Shown here piece by piece: positions 9,694 through 20,695 of a stretch of 64,000 nucleotides of DNA. The DNA lies in NCBI GenBank assembly GCA_023248155.1, contig JAHFFE010000001.1, positions 212,873-276,872 on the forward strand, in the 5' to 3' direction. The stretch is from Candidatus Omnitrophota bacterium (GTDB lineage Bacteria > Omnitrophota > Gorgyraeia > 1-14-0-20-64-10). A program made the translations under genes and the position numbers. The notes beneath the pieces were generated by a model that saw nothing but the letters and a program-made list of their open reading frames with translations, was not told the DNA's origin and made no database searches. The number at the start of each line of letters is the position of its first letter. Position 1 is the stretch's first letter.

Positions 9694-11482
9694 ACCGGCG
9701 GCTCCTTCCGCCGAACCCAGCTCCGCCAAGGTTCAGCCGGTCTCGCTGAAAGGGATCCCGGCTTCACCCGGCATTGCGATCGGCCACGCGTTTATTATGG
9801 ACGGACAGCAATCTCCCATTGCCAAAGAATTTATTTCTCCCGAAGAAATTTCTCTGCAGATTAACCGTTTTGAAGAAGGACTTTCGCGGACCCGTCAGGA
9901 AATCGTCGGTGTTCAGAAAAAAATCGAACAGGAATTGGGCGGTGACCAGGCCGAAATTTTCAACGCGCACCTGATGGTGTTGGAAGACCGCACGTTTATT
10001 GAAGAGGTGATTGAACGGATCAAAAATGAGCACCTCTGCTGTGAGTATGTCGTTTCCAGTGTATTGAGAAAATACATCGAGGCGTTCAGCCATATTGAAG
10101 ACGAATACATGCGCGAACGAACCGCCGATGTCGAGGATGTCGGCAACCGCATTTTGCGCCATTTGACCGGCGCGCGGCGCCAGTCTCCGGCGGAACTTCA
10201 AAAGCCGGTGATTGTGGTGTCATTCGATCTTTCGCCTTCGGACACGGCCGCGATGGATCGCGATCATGTGCTGGGGTTTGTCACGACGATCGGCGGGCCG
10301 ACTTCGCATACGGCGATCATGGCAAAATCGCTCGAAATTCCGGCTGTTGTCGGCGTGGACACCGCCACCGACCGGATCCGGTCCGATGATTTGCTGATCG
10401 TCGACGGTACCAGCGGCCGGATCATTATTAATCCGGAACCGAGCACGCTGGACCATTACCGCGAACTGCGCGAGAAACTGCGCACGCTTGATGAAACGCT
10501 GCTGCGCTCGCGCCATCTGCCGGCCGAAACACCCGACGGCCAGCGCGTCCAGTTGTGCGCCAACATTGAACAGCCGGGCGAGGTGGCCTCGGTGATGGCG
10601 CACGGCGCCGACGGCATCGGCCTTTACCGCACCGAATTTTTTTATCTCAACCGCAAAGATCTTCCGACGGAAGACGAGCAGTACGAAGCGTACAAGCAGG
10701 TAGCCGGCGCGATGGCGCCGCACCCGGTGACGATCCGCTCGATCGACATGGGCGGCGACAAGTTTATGTCGGCGCTGCGGATTCCACGCGAGATGAATCC
10801 GTTTATGGGCCAGCGCGCGATCCGGTTCTGTCTGGCGCGGCCGGATCTGTTCAAGGTGCAGCTGCGCGCGATTCTGCGCGCGTCGGCGCACGGTAAAATC
10901 AAACTGATGTACCCGATGATTTCCGGCCTGGAGGAAGTGCGCGCCGCCAACGCTATTTTAGAAGAAGCGCGGAAAGAACTTTCCGCCGAAAATAAACTGT
11001 TCGATGAACAGATGGAAGTCGGCGCGATGATCGAAGTCCCTTCGGCCGCGATGATCCTGGACCTGCTGGCCAAGGAAGTAAAATTTTTCTCAATCGGAAC
11101 GAACGACTTGATCCAGTACTCGCTGGCCGTTGACCGCGTGAATGAAAAAATCGCCTATTTGTACGAGCCGGCGCATCCGGCCGTGCTTCGGCTGATCCGG
11201 CAGATTATCCAGGTGGCGCATGAGAATAATGTCTGGGTCGGTATGTGCGGCGAGATGGCCGGCGAACCGGCATTCGCGCTGCTGCTGCTGGGCATGGGCC
11301 TCGACGGGTTTTCAACCAGCCCCGTGAATATCCCGCGCGTTAAGCAGGTGATCCGCTCGGTGCCGACATTCCGCGCGAAGGAAGTGGTGAAAGAAGTTTT
11401 CCGGTTAACCACGGGGAAGGAAATCGAAGCGTATGTCCGGACCCGATTATGCGAGTTTGTCCCCGACCAATGCGAACTATAG
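9668..11482 (+). CDS. ptsI: PEP-protein phosphotransferase (enzyme I)
   Basis: GIPASPGIAIG, GGPTSHTAIMA, GIGLYRTEF, SIGTNDLIQY, GMCGEMAG; start placed at ATG 9668. Confidence 0.97.
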   Translation: MARPRRQSKPAAPSAEPSSAKVQPVSLKGIPASPGIAIGHAFIMDGQQSPIAKEFISPEEISLQINRFEEGLSRTRQEIVGVQKKIEQELGGDQAEIFNAHLMVLEDRTFIEEVIERIKNEHLCCEYVVSSVLRKYIEAFSHIEDEYMRERTADVEDVGNRILRHLTGARRQSPAELQKPVIVVSFDLSPSDTAAMDRDHVLGFVTTIGGPTSHTAIMAKSLEIPAVVGVDTATDRIRSDDLLIVDGTSGRIIINPEPSTLDHYRELREKLRTLDETLLRSRHLPAETPDGQRVQLCANIEQPGEVASVMAHGADGIGLYRTEFFYLNRKDLPTEDEQYEAYKQVAGAMAPHPVTIRSIDMGGDKFMSALRIPREMNPFMGQRAIRFCLARPDLFKVQLRAILRASAHGKIKLMYPMISGLEEVRAANAILEEARKELSAENKLFDEQMEVGAMIEVPSAAMILDLLAKEVKFFSIGTNDLIQYSLAVDRVNEKIAYLYEPAHPAVLRLIRQIIQVAHENNVWVGMCGEMAGEPAFALLLLGMGLDGFSTSPVNIPRVKQVIRSVPTFRAKEVVKEVFRLTTGKEIEAYVRTRLCEFVPDQCEL

Positions 11483-12540
11483 ACGATTTAAAACAAATTA
11501 AAAAAATTGACCGCTCCGGCATGCTGGTCCGCGCCGCGGCGCTGCCCGCGCAATGTCTGGAGGGATGGTCCATCGGCCTGCGCTGGAAAGTTCCGGCGGC
11601 TTACGCGAAAACGAAACAACTGCTCGTGCTGGGCATGGGCGGTTCGGCGATCGGTGCCGATCTGGTTCAGGGTATTTTGGGCGATGATTTGCCGAAACCA
11701 ACCGTGGTATCGCGCGGGTACACGATTCCGAAATGGGTCGGGCCGGAGACGCTGGTGCTGGTGGCCAGTTATTCGGGCAACACCGAAGAGACGCTTTCTT
11801 CCGCCATGGCCGCTTCCAAAAAAGGCGGCAAAATTATCGCGATTACCTCGGGCGGAAAACTGGCCGATTGGTGCCGCAGCAAGCGGTATCCGCTGACATT
11901 GATTCCGCAGGGGCTTCCGCCGCGCAGCGCGGTCGGCTACATGACCTTTATTCCGCTGGGACTTATGGTGCGGCTTGGCTGGGTTTCCCGCGCATCGGTT
12001 CCGGTTGAAAAAGCTTGCCGTGAAGCGGAACGATTCGTAAAAAATTCGCTGGGTCCCAAGAGCAAGACTGTTCGCAACCCGGCCAAGCAGATTGCGCTGC
12101 GCCTGCATGGAAAAATTCCGGAATTGTATGGCGCCGCCGGCGGATGGGAAGGGATCGTTTACCGCTGGCGCACACAGATCGAAGAAAACGCCAAAGCACT
12201 GGCATTCCACCACATGATTCCCGAAGCGACGCACAATGAAGTGTCTGCCTGGATGAATCCGAAACCGTTGATGCCGAAAATGGCCGCCGTTTTTCTGACG
12301 GATCGCGACCTGCATCCGCGCACGCGCCGCCGCATGCAGTTTACAGCCGGCGTTGTGAAAAAAGAAAAAGCCGCTGCATTATTCGTGGAAGCACCCGGCT
12401 CTTCTCGGCTGGCGCGCATGATCGGGCTGATTGCTATCGGCGATTTTGTCAGCAGTTATCTGGGTATTTTGTACGGCATTGATCCTACGCCCGTCGAACG
12501 GATCGAAGGCCTCAAAAAGTTCATGATAAAGGGCGGGTAG
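11470..12540 (+). CDS. Bifunctional phosphoglucose/phosphomannose isomerase
   Basis: GMGGSAIG, SYSGNTEET, TSGGKL, PPRSA, ENAK, PEATHNE, DPTPVERIE. Confidence 0.93.
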   Translation: MRTIDDLKQIKKIDRSGMLVRAAALPAQCLEGWSIGLRWKVPAAYAKTKQLLVLGMGGSAIGADLVQGILGDDLPKPTVVSRGYTIPKWVGPETLVLVASYSGNTEETLSSAMAASKKGGKIIAITSGGKLADWCRSKRYPLTLIPQGLPPRSAVGYMTFIPLGLMVRLGWVSRASVPVEKACREAERFVKNSLGPKSKTVRNPAKQIALRLHGKIPELYGAAGGWEGIVYRWRTQIEENAKALAFHHMIPEATHNEVSAWMNPKPLMPKMAAVFLTDRDLHPRTRRRMQFTAGVVKKEKAAALFVEAPGSSRLARMIGLIAIGDFVSSYLGILYGIDPTPVERIEGLKKFMIKGG

Positions 12541-12541
12541 A

Positions 12542-13282
12542 ATGCAGACTGTCGTTCTGGCGGCCGGTTACGGCACGCGCCTTTATCCGCTGACGCAAAA
12601 TACGCCGAAGGCGCTTTTGCCCATGGGGTCCTCAACGATCCTGGGTCAGTTGGCCGTGAAACTGGAAAAGCCGGGCACCGGCATTCAAGAGATTTCCCTG
12701 GTTTCCAATCATAAATTCGCCGAACCGTTCCGCAAGTGGGCCGCCGGTCAGAAGGGGAAACTTTCCTGGACGGTTCTGGATGATAAATCCAGTTCCGAAG
12801 CCGACCGGCTCGGATCGATCGGCGATCTGGTCTTCGCGATCCGCGAACAAAAAATCGACGACGACCTGCTGGTATTCGGAAGCGACAACCTGTTTGAAAC
12901 GGAGTTCGCCGATTTTGTGAAATTCGCGAAAGAAAAAAATCAGGTGACACTGGCCGCGTATGAATTGCCCGATAAATCGTCGGCGTCGCACTACGGTGTT
13001 TTGACGGTGGATTCCGATTGGCGGATTACCGAATTTGCCGAAAAACCGGCCCAGCCGTATTCGGCATTGATCTCCACAGCGGTCTATTTTTTCCCGCGCC
13101 GGACGGTTTCGCGGGTGGTAGAATATTTGTCTTCGCAAAAAACGGCCGACACGCTGGGGGCATTTATCGCCTGGATGATCGCGCGTGAGCCGGTCTATGC
13201 GTATCCGCTCAAAGGGACCTGGTTTGACATCGGCGATTTGGAGTCCTACCGGAGCGCACAAAAAATCTTTGGAGGGGTTTAA
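12542..13282 (+). CDS. Sugar-phosphate nucleotidyltransferase
   Basis: [27 protein letters not shown]. Confidence 0.92.
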   Translation: MQTVVLAAGYGTRLYPLTQNTPKALLPMGSSTILGQLAVKLEKPGTGIQEISLVSNHKFAEPFRKWAAGQKGKLSWTVLDDKSSSEADRLGSIGDLVFAIREQKIDDDLLVFGSDNLFETEFADFVKFAKEKNQVTLAAYELPDKSSASHYGVLTVDSDWRITEFAEKPAQPYSALISTAVYFFPRRTVSRVVEYLSSQKTADTLGAFIAWMIAREPVYAYPLKGTWFDIGDLESYRSAQKIFGGV

Positions 13283-13287
13283 ATTCG

Positions 13288-14448
13288 ATGAGTACCAAGG
13301 AACATTTTGTTTTTACATCAGAGTCGGTCACCGAGGGGCATCCCGATAAACTGTGCGACCAGGTTTCAGATGCCGTCTTAGACGCCATTTATGAAGAAGA
13401 TCCGCAGGGCCGCGTTGCCTGCGAAACGTTCGTCACCACCGGCCTGGTGCTGGTGGCCGGCGAAATTACGACCAGCTGTTATGTCGATGTTCCGAAGATT
13501 GTCCGCGAAGTGGTCCATGACATCGGTTACAACGATATGGAAGGCGGATTCAACTACAAGACCTGCGGCGTGCTGGAAGCGATTCAGGCGCAGTCGCCCG
13601 ACATTTCAATGGGCGTGGATACCGGCGGCGCCGGTGATCAGGGCATGATGTTCGGCTATGCCAGCAACGAAACTCCCGAATTAATGCCAATGCCGATTCA
13701 TTTGGCGCATCGTTTGGTCCGCCGGCTATCGGAAGTTCGAAAGAACAAAACACTTCCTTATTTGAAGCCGGATGGAAAATCACAGGTTTCAGTCGAATAT
13801 GTGAACGGGAAACCGACGCGCATTACCGGTGTGGTGGTCAGCGCGCATCACAGCTCGCGCGTTTCAACTCCGAAACTGCGCAAAGATATCCGCGAGATTG
13901 TGATCGATCCGATCCTTCCGAAAGAATTCGTGAACCGCCAGACGCAGTATTTCATCAACGCGACGGGCCGGTTTGAAGTTGGCGGTCCGATGGCCGATAC
14001 CGGTCTGACGGGGCGCAAAATCATCGTCGACACCTATGGCGGGTTCGGCCGGCACGGCGGCGGCGCGTTCAGCGGCAAGGATCCCACGAAAGTGGACCGT
14101 TCCGCCAGCTACATGGCCCGGTATGTCGCCAAGAATATTGTGGCCGCCAAACTTGCCGAGCGCTGCGAAATCCAGATTGCGTACTGCATCGGCGTGCGCG
14201 AGCCGGTCTCGGTAATGGTCAATACGTTCGGCACCGGCAAAGTGCCCGAACCGGAATTAGAGCGCATTGTGCGCAAAGTGTTCGACTTAACTCCTCCCGG
14301 AATTATCCGCGACCTGAAACTGCGCCGGCCGATCTACCGCAAGACGGCCGCCTACGGCCATTTCGGCCGCAACGAGTCCGGTTTTACCTGGGAAGAAGTG
14401 GACAAGGTCGAAGCCCTTAAAAAATCCGCCGGAAAATTCGGCCGATAA
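13288..14448 (+). CDS. metK: S-adenosylmethionine synthetase
   Basis: [41 protein letters not shown]. Confidence 0.99.
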   Translation: MSTKEHFVFTSESVTEGHPDKLCDQVSDAVLDAIYEEDPQGRVACETFVTTGLVLVAGEITTSCYVDVPKIVREVVHDIGYNDMEGGFNYKTCGVLEAIQAQSPDISMGVDTGGAGDQGMMFGYASNETPELMPMPIHLAHRLVRRLSEVRKNKTLPYLKPDGKSQVSVEYVNGKPTRITGVVVSAHHSSRVSTPKLRKDIREIVIDPILPKEFVNRQTQYFINATGRFEVGGPMADTGLTGRKIIVDTYGGFGRHGGGAFSGKDPTKVDRSASYMARYVAKNIVAAKLAERCEIQIAYCIGVREPVSVMVNTFGTGKVPEPELERIVRKVFDLTPPGIIRDLKLRRPIYRKTAAYGHFGRNESGFTWEEVDKVEALKKSAGKFGR

Positions 14449-14468
14449 TTACAGAAAGTAAGAAAATC

Positions 14469-15722
14469 ATGGCATCCGATATCACCAGCATTAAATTAGC
14501 GAAAGTAGGGCAGGCGCGCGTTGATTGGGCCGGACGGTTTATGCCGGTTCTGGCCAGCATCCGCAAACGGTTTGAGAAAGAAAAACCGCTCAAGGGCCTT
14601 CGCTTAAGCGCTTGTTTGCATGTCACCACCGAGACCGCCCAGCTGATGCACACGCTGCGCGCCGGCGGCGCCGATGTTTCATTGTGCGCTTCCAACCCGC
14701 TTTCTACTCAGGATGACACGGCTGCCGCTCTGGTGGCCAGTGGATTCAAGGTCTATGCGCGCCGGGGCGAAGATCGCAAAACCTATTACAAGCATATCCT
14801 GGCCTGCCTCGACAGCAAACCGCATGTCACGATGGACGACGGTGCCGACCTGGTTTCCGTGATCCATCAGAAATATCAGAAAATGGTCAGCACGATGGTC
14901 GGATCGACCGAAGAAACAACGACCGGCGTGATTCGTTTGAAGGCGCTGGCGGCGGAGAAACGGCTGTTATTTCCGGTCGTGGCCGTTAATGATTCGCAGA
15001 CCAAATTCATGTTTGATAACCGCTATGGCACCGGCCAGTCAACGCTCGACGGTGTGATTCGCGCGACCAATATATTGCTCGCCGGATCGGTGATCGTGGT
15101 GTGCGGATACGGCTGGTGCGGCCGCGGTGTGGCGTCGCGCGCGCGCGGGATGGGCGCGCATGTGATCGTCACGGAAGTGGACCAGGTTCGCGCGTTGGAA
15201 GCGATCATGGACGGCTATCAGGTGATGACGCTGGCCAAGGCGGCCCCGCTGGCAGACCTGTTCATCACGGTCACTGGCGACATCCACGTGATCCACAAGG
15301 CGATCTTCCAGAAAATGAAGGACGGTGCCGTCGTTTGCAACAGCGGCCACTTCAATGTGGAGATCGACCTGGAAGCGCTCAAGAAAATGAGCCAGTCGGT
15401 GCGCGAGGTCAAGCCGCAGATCAATGAATACACGCTGCGCAGCGGCAAGAAAGTTTTGATCCTCAGCGAAGGGCGTCTCGTGAACCTTTCCTGCGCGGAA
15501 GGACACCCGGCGCAGGTGATGGACATGAGCTTCGCGAACCAGGCGCTGTCGGCCGAGTGGCTCGTGAAAAACAAAAAGAAGTTGAAGGCCCAGGTCTACC
15601 GGCTGCCCGAGCAGATCGACCAGGAAATTGCCCGGCTGAAATTATCGAGCCGCGGCATTGTAACCGACCGGTTGACGCCGGAACAGAAGAAGTATTTGGC
15701 CAGCTGGGAGTCCGGTACCTAG
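14469..15722 (+). CDS. ahcY: Adenosylhomocysteinase
   Basis: SNPLSTQD, DDGADL, EETTTG, FDNRYGTGQS, GYGWCGRG, GHPAQVMDMSFANQ. Confidence 0.98.
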   Translation: MASDITSIKLAKVGQARVDWAGRFMPVLASIRKRFEKEKPLKGLRLSACLHVTTETAQLMHTLRAGGADVSLCASNPLSTQDDTAAALVASGFKVYARRGEDRKTYYKHILACLDSKPHVTMDDGADLVSVIHQKYQKMVSTMVGSTEETTTGVIRLKALAAEKRLLFPVVAVNDSQTKFMFDNRYGTGQSTLDGVIRATNILLAGSVIVVCGYGWCGRGVASRARGMGAHVIVTEVDQVRALEAIMDGYQVMTLAKAAPLADLFITVTGDIHVIHKAIFQKMKDGAVVCNSGHFNVEIDLEALKKMSQSVREVKPQINEYTLRSGKKVLILSEGRLVNLSCAEGHPAQVMDMSFANQALSAEWLVKNKKKLKAQVYRLPEQIDQEIARLKLSSRGIVTDRLTPEQKKYLASWESGT

Positions 15723-15729
15723 TTTTAGT

Positions 15730-16203
15730 ATGCTGCAATCTTTTCGGCCGTTCGTCGACAGACGGGCGGCCGTTTTGATTTTAGGGACCATGCCGGGGCC
15801 AGAAGCGCTGCGCCGCCAAGAATATTATGGATTTCCCGGGAACCATTTCTGGAAGATTATGGCCGATTTTTACAATGCCGGCAAGCCGCTCGAATCCTAC
15901 GCGGAAAAACTGCGGCTGCTTAAAAAGAATCGGATCGCGTTATGGGACACGATCGGTTCATGCCTGAGGGAAGGGGCCAGTGACTCGGCGATTTGCGATG
16001 CGAAACCGAATGACATTACCGGATTAGTGCGGCGCTACCCGAATATCCGGATGATTATTTTGAATGGGAAGACGGCCGAGAAGTTTTTTTTGAAATACCA
16101 CGCTGATAAAATTAAAATTCCGCACCAAACGTTGCCGTCCACTAGTCCCGCGCACGCTGCGATGCCGTACGCCGAAAAATTAAAACGCTGGTCCACCCTC
16201 TAA
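15730..16203 (+). CDS. DNA-deoxyinosine glycosylase (UDG superfamily)
   Basis: LILGTMPG..L...EYY..PGNHFW, GASDSAI, LPSTSPA. Confidence 0.88.
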   Translation: MLQSFRPFVDRRAAVLILGTMPGPEALRRQEYYGFPGNHFWKIMADFYNAGKPLESYAEKLRLLKKNRIALWDTIGSCLREGASDSAICDAKPNDITGLVRRYPNIRMIILNGKTAEKFFLKYHADKIKIPHQTLPSTSPAHAAMPYAEKLKRWSTL

Positions 16204-16215
16204 GCCGGTAAGAAC

Positions 16216-17595
16216 CTAAGCCACAACTCTGATGGCGACAAAACTAATCTCAGTGGTGGTGCTATCGAAATCATTGGTGACCACGCCATTGGGGTAAGGC
16301 CACAGGTCGCAATCGCTACCCCCGACCACGGACCAGGCTCCCACGAGATGCCAGCCCTCGTCGGCGTTACATTCAATACCATCGAGCGTATTACCGAAAC
16401 CGTTAAAAACTGAACCGGCAGGAGCAGCTACATTGTTCAGCGGAAGGAAGGGAGTAGTGCCCGCCGGAGCGGAAATAATACGAATCGGCCGAGTGCCGCC
16501 GCTGCTTCTAAACCCCTGCGCGAATTCGATCCGCGGCCCTCCTGCCAGTGCAACATAAGCGCCGCCGCTTTGAGACACCATAATCTGGTCCGTTGTGGAA
16601 TTGTAGTAAAGCCGGCCTGTATTGTTAACGCTGACCGAGGGATCAGCCGCCAAGCCGGGCAGTTGGATAGCCCCATCTTGAGTAAGCCGCATTCGTTCCG
16701 TGGAGGCGTTGGCGCCGGCTGCTGTTGTTGAAAAGATCAGCATGGCGGGCGTGGAAGCGGCCGTCCAATTCGCCGTTGCCTGCGCGCTGATTTGCGCTCC
16801 CGGGGCGAACCCCGCGCCGGTAAATCCAAAGAAGCCCACTTCCCCAAGAAGATCGTTGTTCAACACCGGTTGGCGGAACGCGCCTCCGGGAAAGTTTCCA
16901 CGCTCCCGCATCAGCGATAACCGGGCTCCCTGGTTGGCCGTGTCTGATTCCGCGTGAATCGACAAATTCGTCGTTTGCCCGAACGGACCCACGGCCACCA
17001 ATTGCGCCGCAGGTTCCAGAGGAAACGCCGTTCCAATGCTCAGATTGCCGCCGGTAATCGCTAAACTATCGTTGCCGGTCATTTGGATCCGCATATCGAA
17101 GTCGGTCGGCGCGTCGTTGGCAAAATCAATGTAGGGATTCCCGCCAAATGTCTCCGAACGAAGTTCAATCGCGGTGTTCTGATCGGAAGGGCCCCGAATC
17201 TGAACATAGTTCGCCGATCCAGCCGCCTGCCTGACAAACAAGTCTCCGGCTATATCCAGGCTTATCGTCCCTCCCGCACCCGGCAGAAATAGAGCCTGCG
17301 ATGCTTGGCCGGCGACACCCTGCACTTGCAGCAGCGTCAGGGGGTTTGTTGGCGCGTTATTCCCAAACCCGGGACCAATCCCCAAACTCGTCTGGATCAA
17401 TGCCTGGCCGTTGGCCAGCGTCGTGTTCAGATAAGCGTTGCCGACCGTCAAACTGGTAACATGTTCGTTGCCGCCAGACGTCGGGTAATAAGTGACGATC
17501 TCCGTAGTTTCCGCCCAGGCGTATCCAACAAAAGTTCCGATGAAGAAGAGAAAAAGAAGAACGCTTTTATTTTTCCAGAGAGGTTTAATTTTCAC
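16216..17595 (-). CDS. TYYP-family secreted fibre/adhesin-like protein (copy 1)
   Basis: GTG start after AGGAG; signal peptide AWA|ETTEIVTYYPT; ERMRLT..G repeat; unique C-terminus. Confidence 0.85.
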   Translation of the reverse strand: MKIKPLWKNKSVLLFLFFIGTFVGYAWAETTEIVTYYPTSGGNEHVTSLTVGNAYLNTTLANGQALIQTSLGIGPGFGNNAPTNPLTLLQVQGVAGQASQALFLPGAGGTISLDIAGDLFVRQAAGSANYVQIRGPSDQNTAIELRSETFGGNPYIDFANDAPTDFDMRIQMTGNDSLAITGGNLSIGTAFPLEPAAQLVAVGPFGQTTNLSIHAESDTANQGARLSLMRERGNFPGGAFRQPVLNNDLLGEVGFFGFTGAGFAPGAQISAQATANWTAASTPAMLIFSTTAAGANASTERMRLTQDGAIQLPGLAADPSVSVNNTGRLYYNSTTDQIMVSQSGGAYVALAGGPRIEFAQGFRSSGGTRPIRIISAPAGTTPFLPLNNVAAPAGSVFNGFGNTLDGIECNADEGWHLVGAWSVVGGSDCDLWPYPNGVVTNDFDSTTTEISFVAIRVVA

Positions 17596-17620
17596 GGGAT
17601 ATCTCCTATCGTAACAGTTT

Positions 17621-18730
17621 TCAGGCGAGTTTTTTCCAGGTTTCGCGCAGGCCGAACCAGGCAAATCCAATCGGCGCGACCCAGGCCGCCATCAACGGCG
17701 GAAGCCAGCCCCCTTTTCCGAGCGCTACGCACAGCGCGTTAGCGCCGTAAAAAATAAGGCCTACGCCTATTCCAAAACTTAGTCCCAACGCGGCGCCTCC
17801 GCGGACCGGCTGAATAGCGAACGGAACGCCCAGGATCGTCAAAACCAGACAGACTATTGCGGCAGCCGGTTTTCCATAGAGATCCACGCGCAGTTTGCGC
17901 AGCGTCGCGTTGCCGGCCCCCTGCAGGCGGCGGATGTAACGGTTTAAGTCGCGCATATTTAAGAGCGACGACTGGTTTTCGGCCCGTTCCAGATACTCCG
18001 GCTTGTCGCCGACGCGGATGATTTTTACGGTAAATGGCGCGGCTCGGCCGACGGCCTGACCATCCGCGTCAAAATGCAAAATCGTGCCGTTGTAAAACCG
18101 CCAGTAGGCGTCGGCAGTCCAAACGCCGCTTTCAGCCGTGATTTTTCGCAGCAGGTGAAGATCGGATCCATGCTGCAGCACGATCACGCCCTCCAACCGT
18201 TTTTCTACGGGATCGAATGTTTTCGCGTACATCAGAGAATGTCCCAGGCCGAACGCGGTCAGGTTCTCCACCACATGCGGAGAACGATACTTCGCTTTTT
18301 TAACGAGCGAAATTCGTTCCAGCTTGACCTGGCGGATTTGATGGGTCACCACATTGGCCTGCGGAACCACCCACTCATTCATCGAGAAAACACCGATCGA
18401 AACTAAAATAGCCACCCAGATAAATGGCCGCGTGATGCTCCAGGGACGGATTCCGGCCGCGCGCATCGCCATGATTTCTAGGTATTTGTTGAGCGTGCTC
18501 AACGTATAAAGCGTGGCCATCAGGCAGGCGAACGGCGCGACCTGCACGAAAATCATCGGAAGCATCAGCAGATAATATTTCGTGACGATCGAAAACGCGA
18601 CATGGTTGTACAAAATATCATCCAAATGCTCCAGAAGATCCAGCACCAGATACAACCCTGAAAAAATCGACAGACACCAGATCAGCGGAGCCAGGTAAGC
18701 GCGCAGCAGATAACGGTCAAGGATTCGCAT
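17621..18730 (-). CDS. lptG: LPS export permease LptG
   Basis: MRILDRYL, EIMAMRAAGI, LGKGGWLPPLMAAW; paired with lptF. Confidence 0.9.
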   Translation of the reverse strand: MRILDRYLLRAYLAPLIWCLSIFSGLYLVLDLLEHLDDILYNHVAFSIVTKYYLLMLPMIFVQVAPFACLMATLYTLSTLNKYLEIMAMRAAGIRPWSITRPFIWVAILVSIGVFSMNEWVVPQANVVTHQIRQVKLERISLVKKAKYRSPHVVENLTAFGLGHSLMYAKTFDPVEKRLEGVIVLQHGSDLHLLRKITAESGVWTADAYWRFYNGTILHFDADGQAVGRAAPFTVKIIRVGDKPEYLERAENQSSLLNMRDLNRYIRRLQGAGNATLRKLRVDLYGKPAAAIVCLVLTILGVPFAIQPVRGGAALGLSFGIGVGLIFYGANALCVALGKGGWLPPLMAAWVAPIGFAWFGLRETWKKLA

Positions 18731-18732
18731 GG

Positions 18733-19821
18733 TTATCTCCGGCAGAGTTTCCAGAACAACAGCAAGCCCAGCGCGAAGAAGACGCCGTTCCCCAGCCACA
18801 TCGCGAAAATAGCCGATGAAAGTCCTTTTTCCGATAACGCCTGCCCGATCGCCAGAAACAGGTAATACCCCAGGAAAATCACAACGCTCATTCCAAACCC
18901 GACCGTTTTTTGCGCCCGCTGCGTCGTGATGGCCAGCGGAAATGCCATCAGCGCGAACACCAGCGGTGAAAACGCCATCGCGATCCGACGGTGCATCTCG
19001 ACATAGAGCGGCGACGCATTGATTTTTTTCTGTTCCAGTTCCCGGATTGTTTGTTTTAGCTGGTTCAGGCCCATGTCTTTGGGTTTCATCGAGATTGAGC
19101 GCGGATCTTTATCGCCCACGCCCATGTTGAGCGTGTAGGTTTCAAACTTGAGTTTATAGAATTTCGAGGCGTCTTTCGGATCGGGTTCGTCGGCGGTGCC
19201 GTTGCGCAGTTTCAGCAACACTCTCCGTTGTTCGGGCAGCGGGATAAATTCACCCGATTCCGCGACGATGGTGCGCGTTGGTTTCCGGTTGTCGGTTTCG
19301 TAAATCCGTATTTTTTGCATCTGGTTTCCATCGACGTGGTAGACGAACAGGATGTACGGATGAAATTCCTTGATGAATGTGCCTGACTCCAGGAACGCCG
19401 TCGGGTTCCGGATCGCGATGTCGATGCCGACGCGCCGCGCTTCAAAATGCGACCAAGGGACCAGCGTGGTGTTCATCGGAACCAGAACTGCGCTGGCCAG
19501 AAGTCCGGCGGCTAAAACGGGGAACGCGATAAACGGATAACTGACGCCGCAGGCGCGCATCGCGATGATTTCCCGGTCGCTGGACAATTTCCCAAACGCC
19601 AGCAGTGTTCCGGTCAACACCGCCATCGGCACGGTGTAACTCATCAAGCTGGGCAGCAGCAGTACAAACAGCTGCAAAATTGCCAAAGGGGAGACCCCCC
19701 GGTTCACGAACAGGTCTGCCAATTTGACCAAATTTCCGACTAACAGTACGAAGGTAAAAAGCACCAGCGTCATCAGCGTCGGCTGGACCCATTCCGTAAG
19801 CAGATGCCGCCGCAGAATCAC
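18733..19821 (-). CDS. lptF: LPS export permease LptF
   Basis: FGKLSSDREIIAMRACGVS, multiple TM segments; GTG start overlaps comF stop. Confidence 0.9.
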   Translation of the reverse strand: MILRRHLLTEWVQPTLMTLVLFTFVLLVGNLVKLADLFVNRGVSPLAILQLFVLLLPSLMSYTVPMAVLTGTLLAFGKLSSDREIIAMRACGVSYPFIAFPVLAAGLLASAVLVPMNTTLVPWSHFEARRVGIDIAIRNPTAFLESGTFIKEFHPYILFVYHVDGNQMQKIRIYETDNRKPTRTIVAESGEFIPLPEQRRVLLKLRNGTADEPDPKDASKFYKLKFETYTLNMGVGDKDPRSISMKPKDMGLNQLKQTIRELEQKKINASPLYVEMHRRIAMAFSPLVFALMAFPLAITTQRAQKTVGFGMSVVIFLGYYLFLAIGQALSEKGLSSAIFAMWLGNGVFFALGLLLFWKLCRR

Positions 19822-20561
19822 CTCGTTCCTCCGGCGACGCGCGCGGCGGTGATCACAAAAACCGATTTTGCCCCCGCTTGTTTGAGCGCTTTCGCGCAAG
19901 CGTCGGCGGTGGCGCCGGTGGTCAGCACATCATCGACCAGCAAAACGGTTTTGCCCGCTGTTTCAGACGGCCCTAAAAGTTCGATAGTGCCAACCAGGTT
20001 ATTCAGCCGATCCCGCCGGGAGAGAGATGCCTGGGCGGCGGCCGGCTGATTCCGGACGAGCAGCGCGTCAGCCGGGCGTCCGTACAGCTTTTGAGCGACC
20101 GCGTCAGCCAGCCGTTCGGCCTGGTTGTATCCCCGTTCGCGCCGCCGGGTTTCATGCATCGGAATCGCGATCACCCGGTCGAACGCAAAATCGTTCCAGC
20201 ATTGGCGAACTTGAGCGGCCATATGGCCCGCCAAGAAGCCGATCAGCGCGTGCCGGCCGCGGTATTTTAAATCGGCGATAAAATCCGGAAGCGGTTTTTC
20301 ATAGAGGAAGACACTGCGTGCCTGGTCAAAAATGGGCGACGAATCGCGGCAGCCGCCGCAGAGATCAATTCCGGCGCCTAAGTTTCGCAGGCTTACGCCG
20401 CAGCGCAGGCAGAGCGGAGCCCGGTTCCATGGAAGCCGCGGCAGACAGCGCGCGCAGACGGGGGCTTCTTCGGGGTTTTCCACCGCGGCACCGCACTCCG
20501 CGCACGAAGCTGGGAACAGCAGGGAGTATCCACCCCGGAGAAATTCGCTGGCAAGCCGCAT
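19818..20561 (-). CDS. comF: ComF family protein
   Basis: N-terminal CxxC zinc motifs, RGYNQAE, LLVDDVLTTGAT. Confidence 0.93.
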   Translation of the reverse strand: MRLASEFLRGGYSLLFPASCAECGAAVENPEEAPVCARCLPRLPWNRAPLCLRCGVSLRNLGAGIDLCGGCRDSSPIFDQARSVFLYEKPLPDFIADLKYRGRHALIGFLAGHMAAQVRQCWNDFAFDRVIAIPMHETRRRERGYNQAERLADAVAQKLYGRPADALLVRNQPAAAQASLSRRDRLNNLVGTIELLGPSETAGKTVLLVDDVLTTGATADACAKALKQAGAKSVFVITAARVAGGTR

Positions 20562-20568
20562 GATTGGC

Positions 20569-20632
20569 AGAATAGCATCCGGCTGACGCGGGTGTCAACG
20601 AACGCTTGACGCGGCCTATTTATTGGTATAAT
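20569..20632. promoter_or_regulatory. Divergent sigma70-type promoters (comF on minus; 20696 gene on plus)
   Basis: Minus: TTGACA-18-TATTCT with extended TG, 7 nt from ATG. Plus: TGgTATAAT at 20624-20632 with TTGACG upstream. Confidence 0.65.
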
Positions 20633-20695
20633 AAAGCGATCCTTAGAAACGCCCGTTTCTTTAACCCGATTTTTTAAGAGGAGGTTTGAATAGCA

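Noticed and set aside
13283-13288. SAM riboswitch upstream of metK
   Set aside because: Only 5 nt separate metK from the upstream gene.
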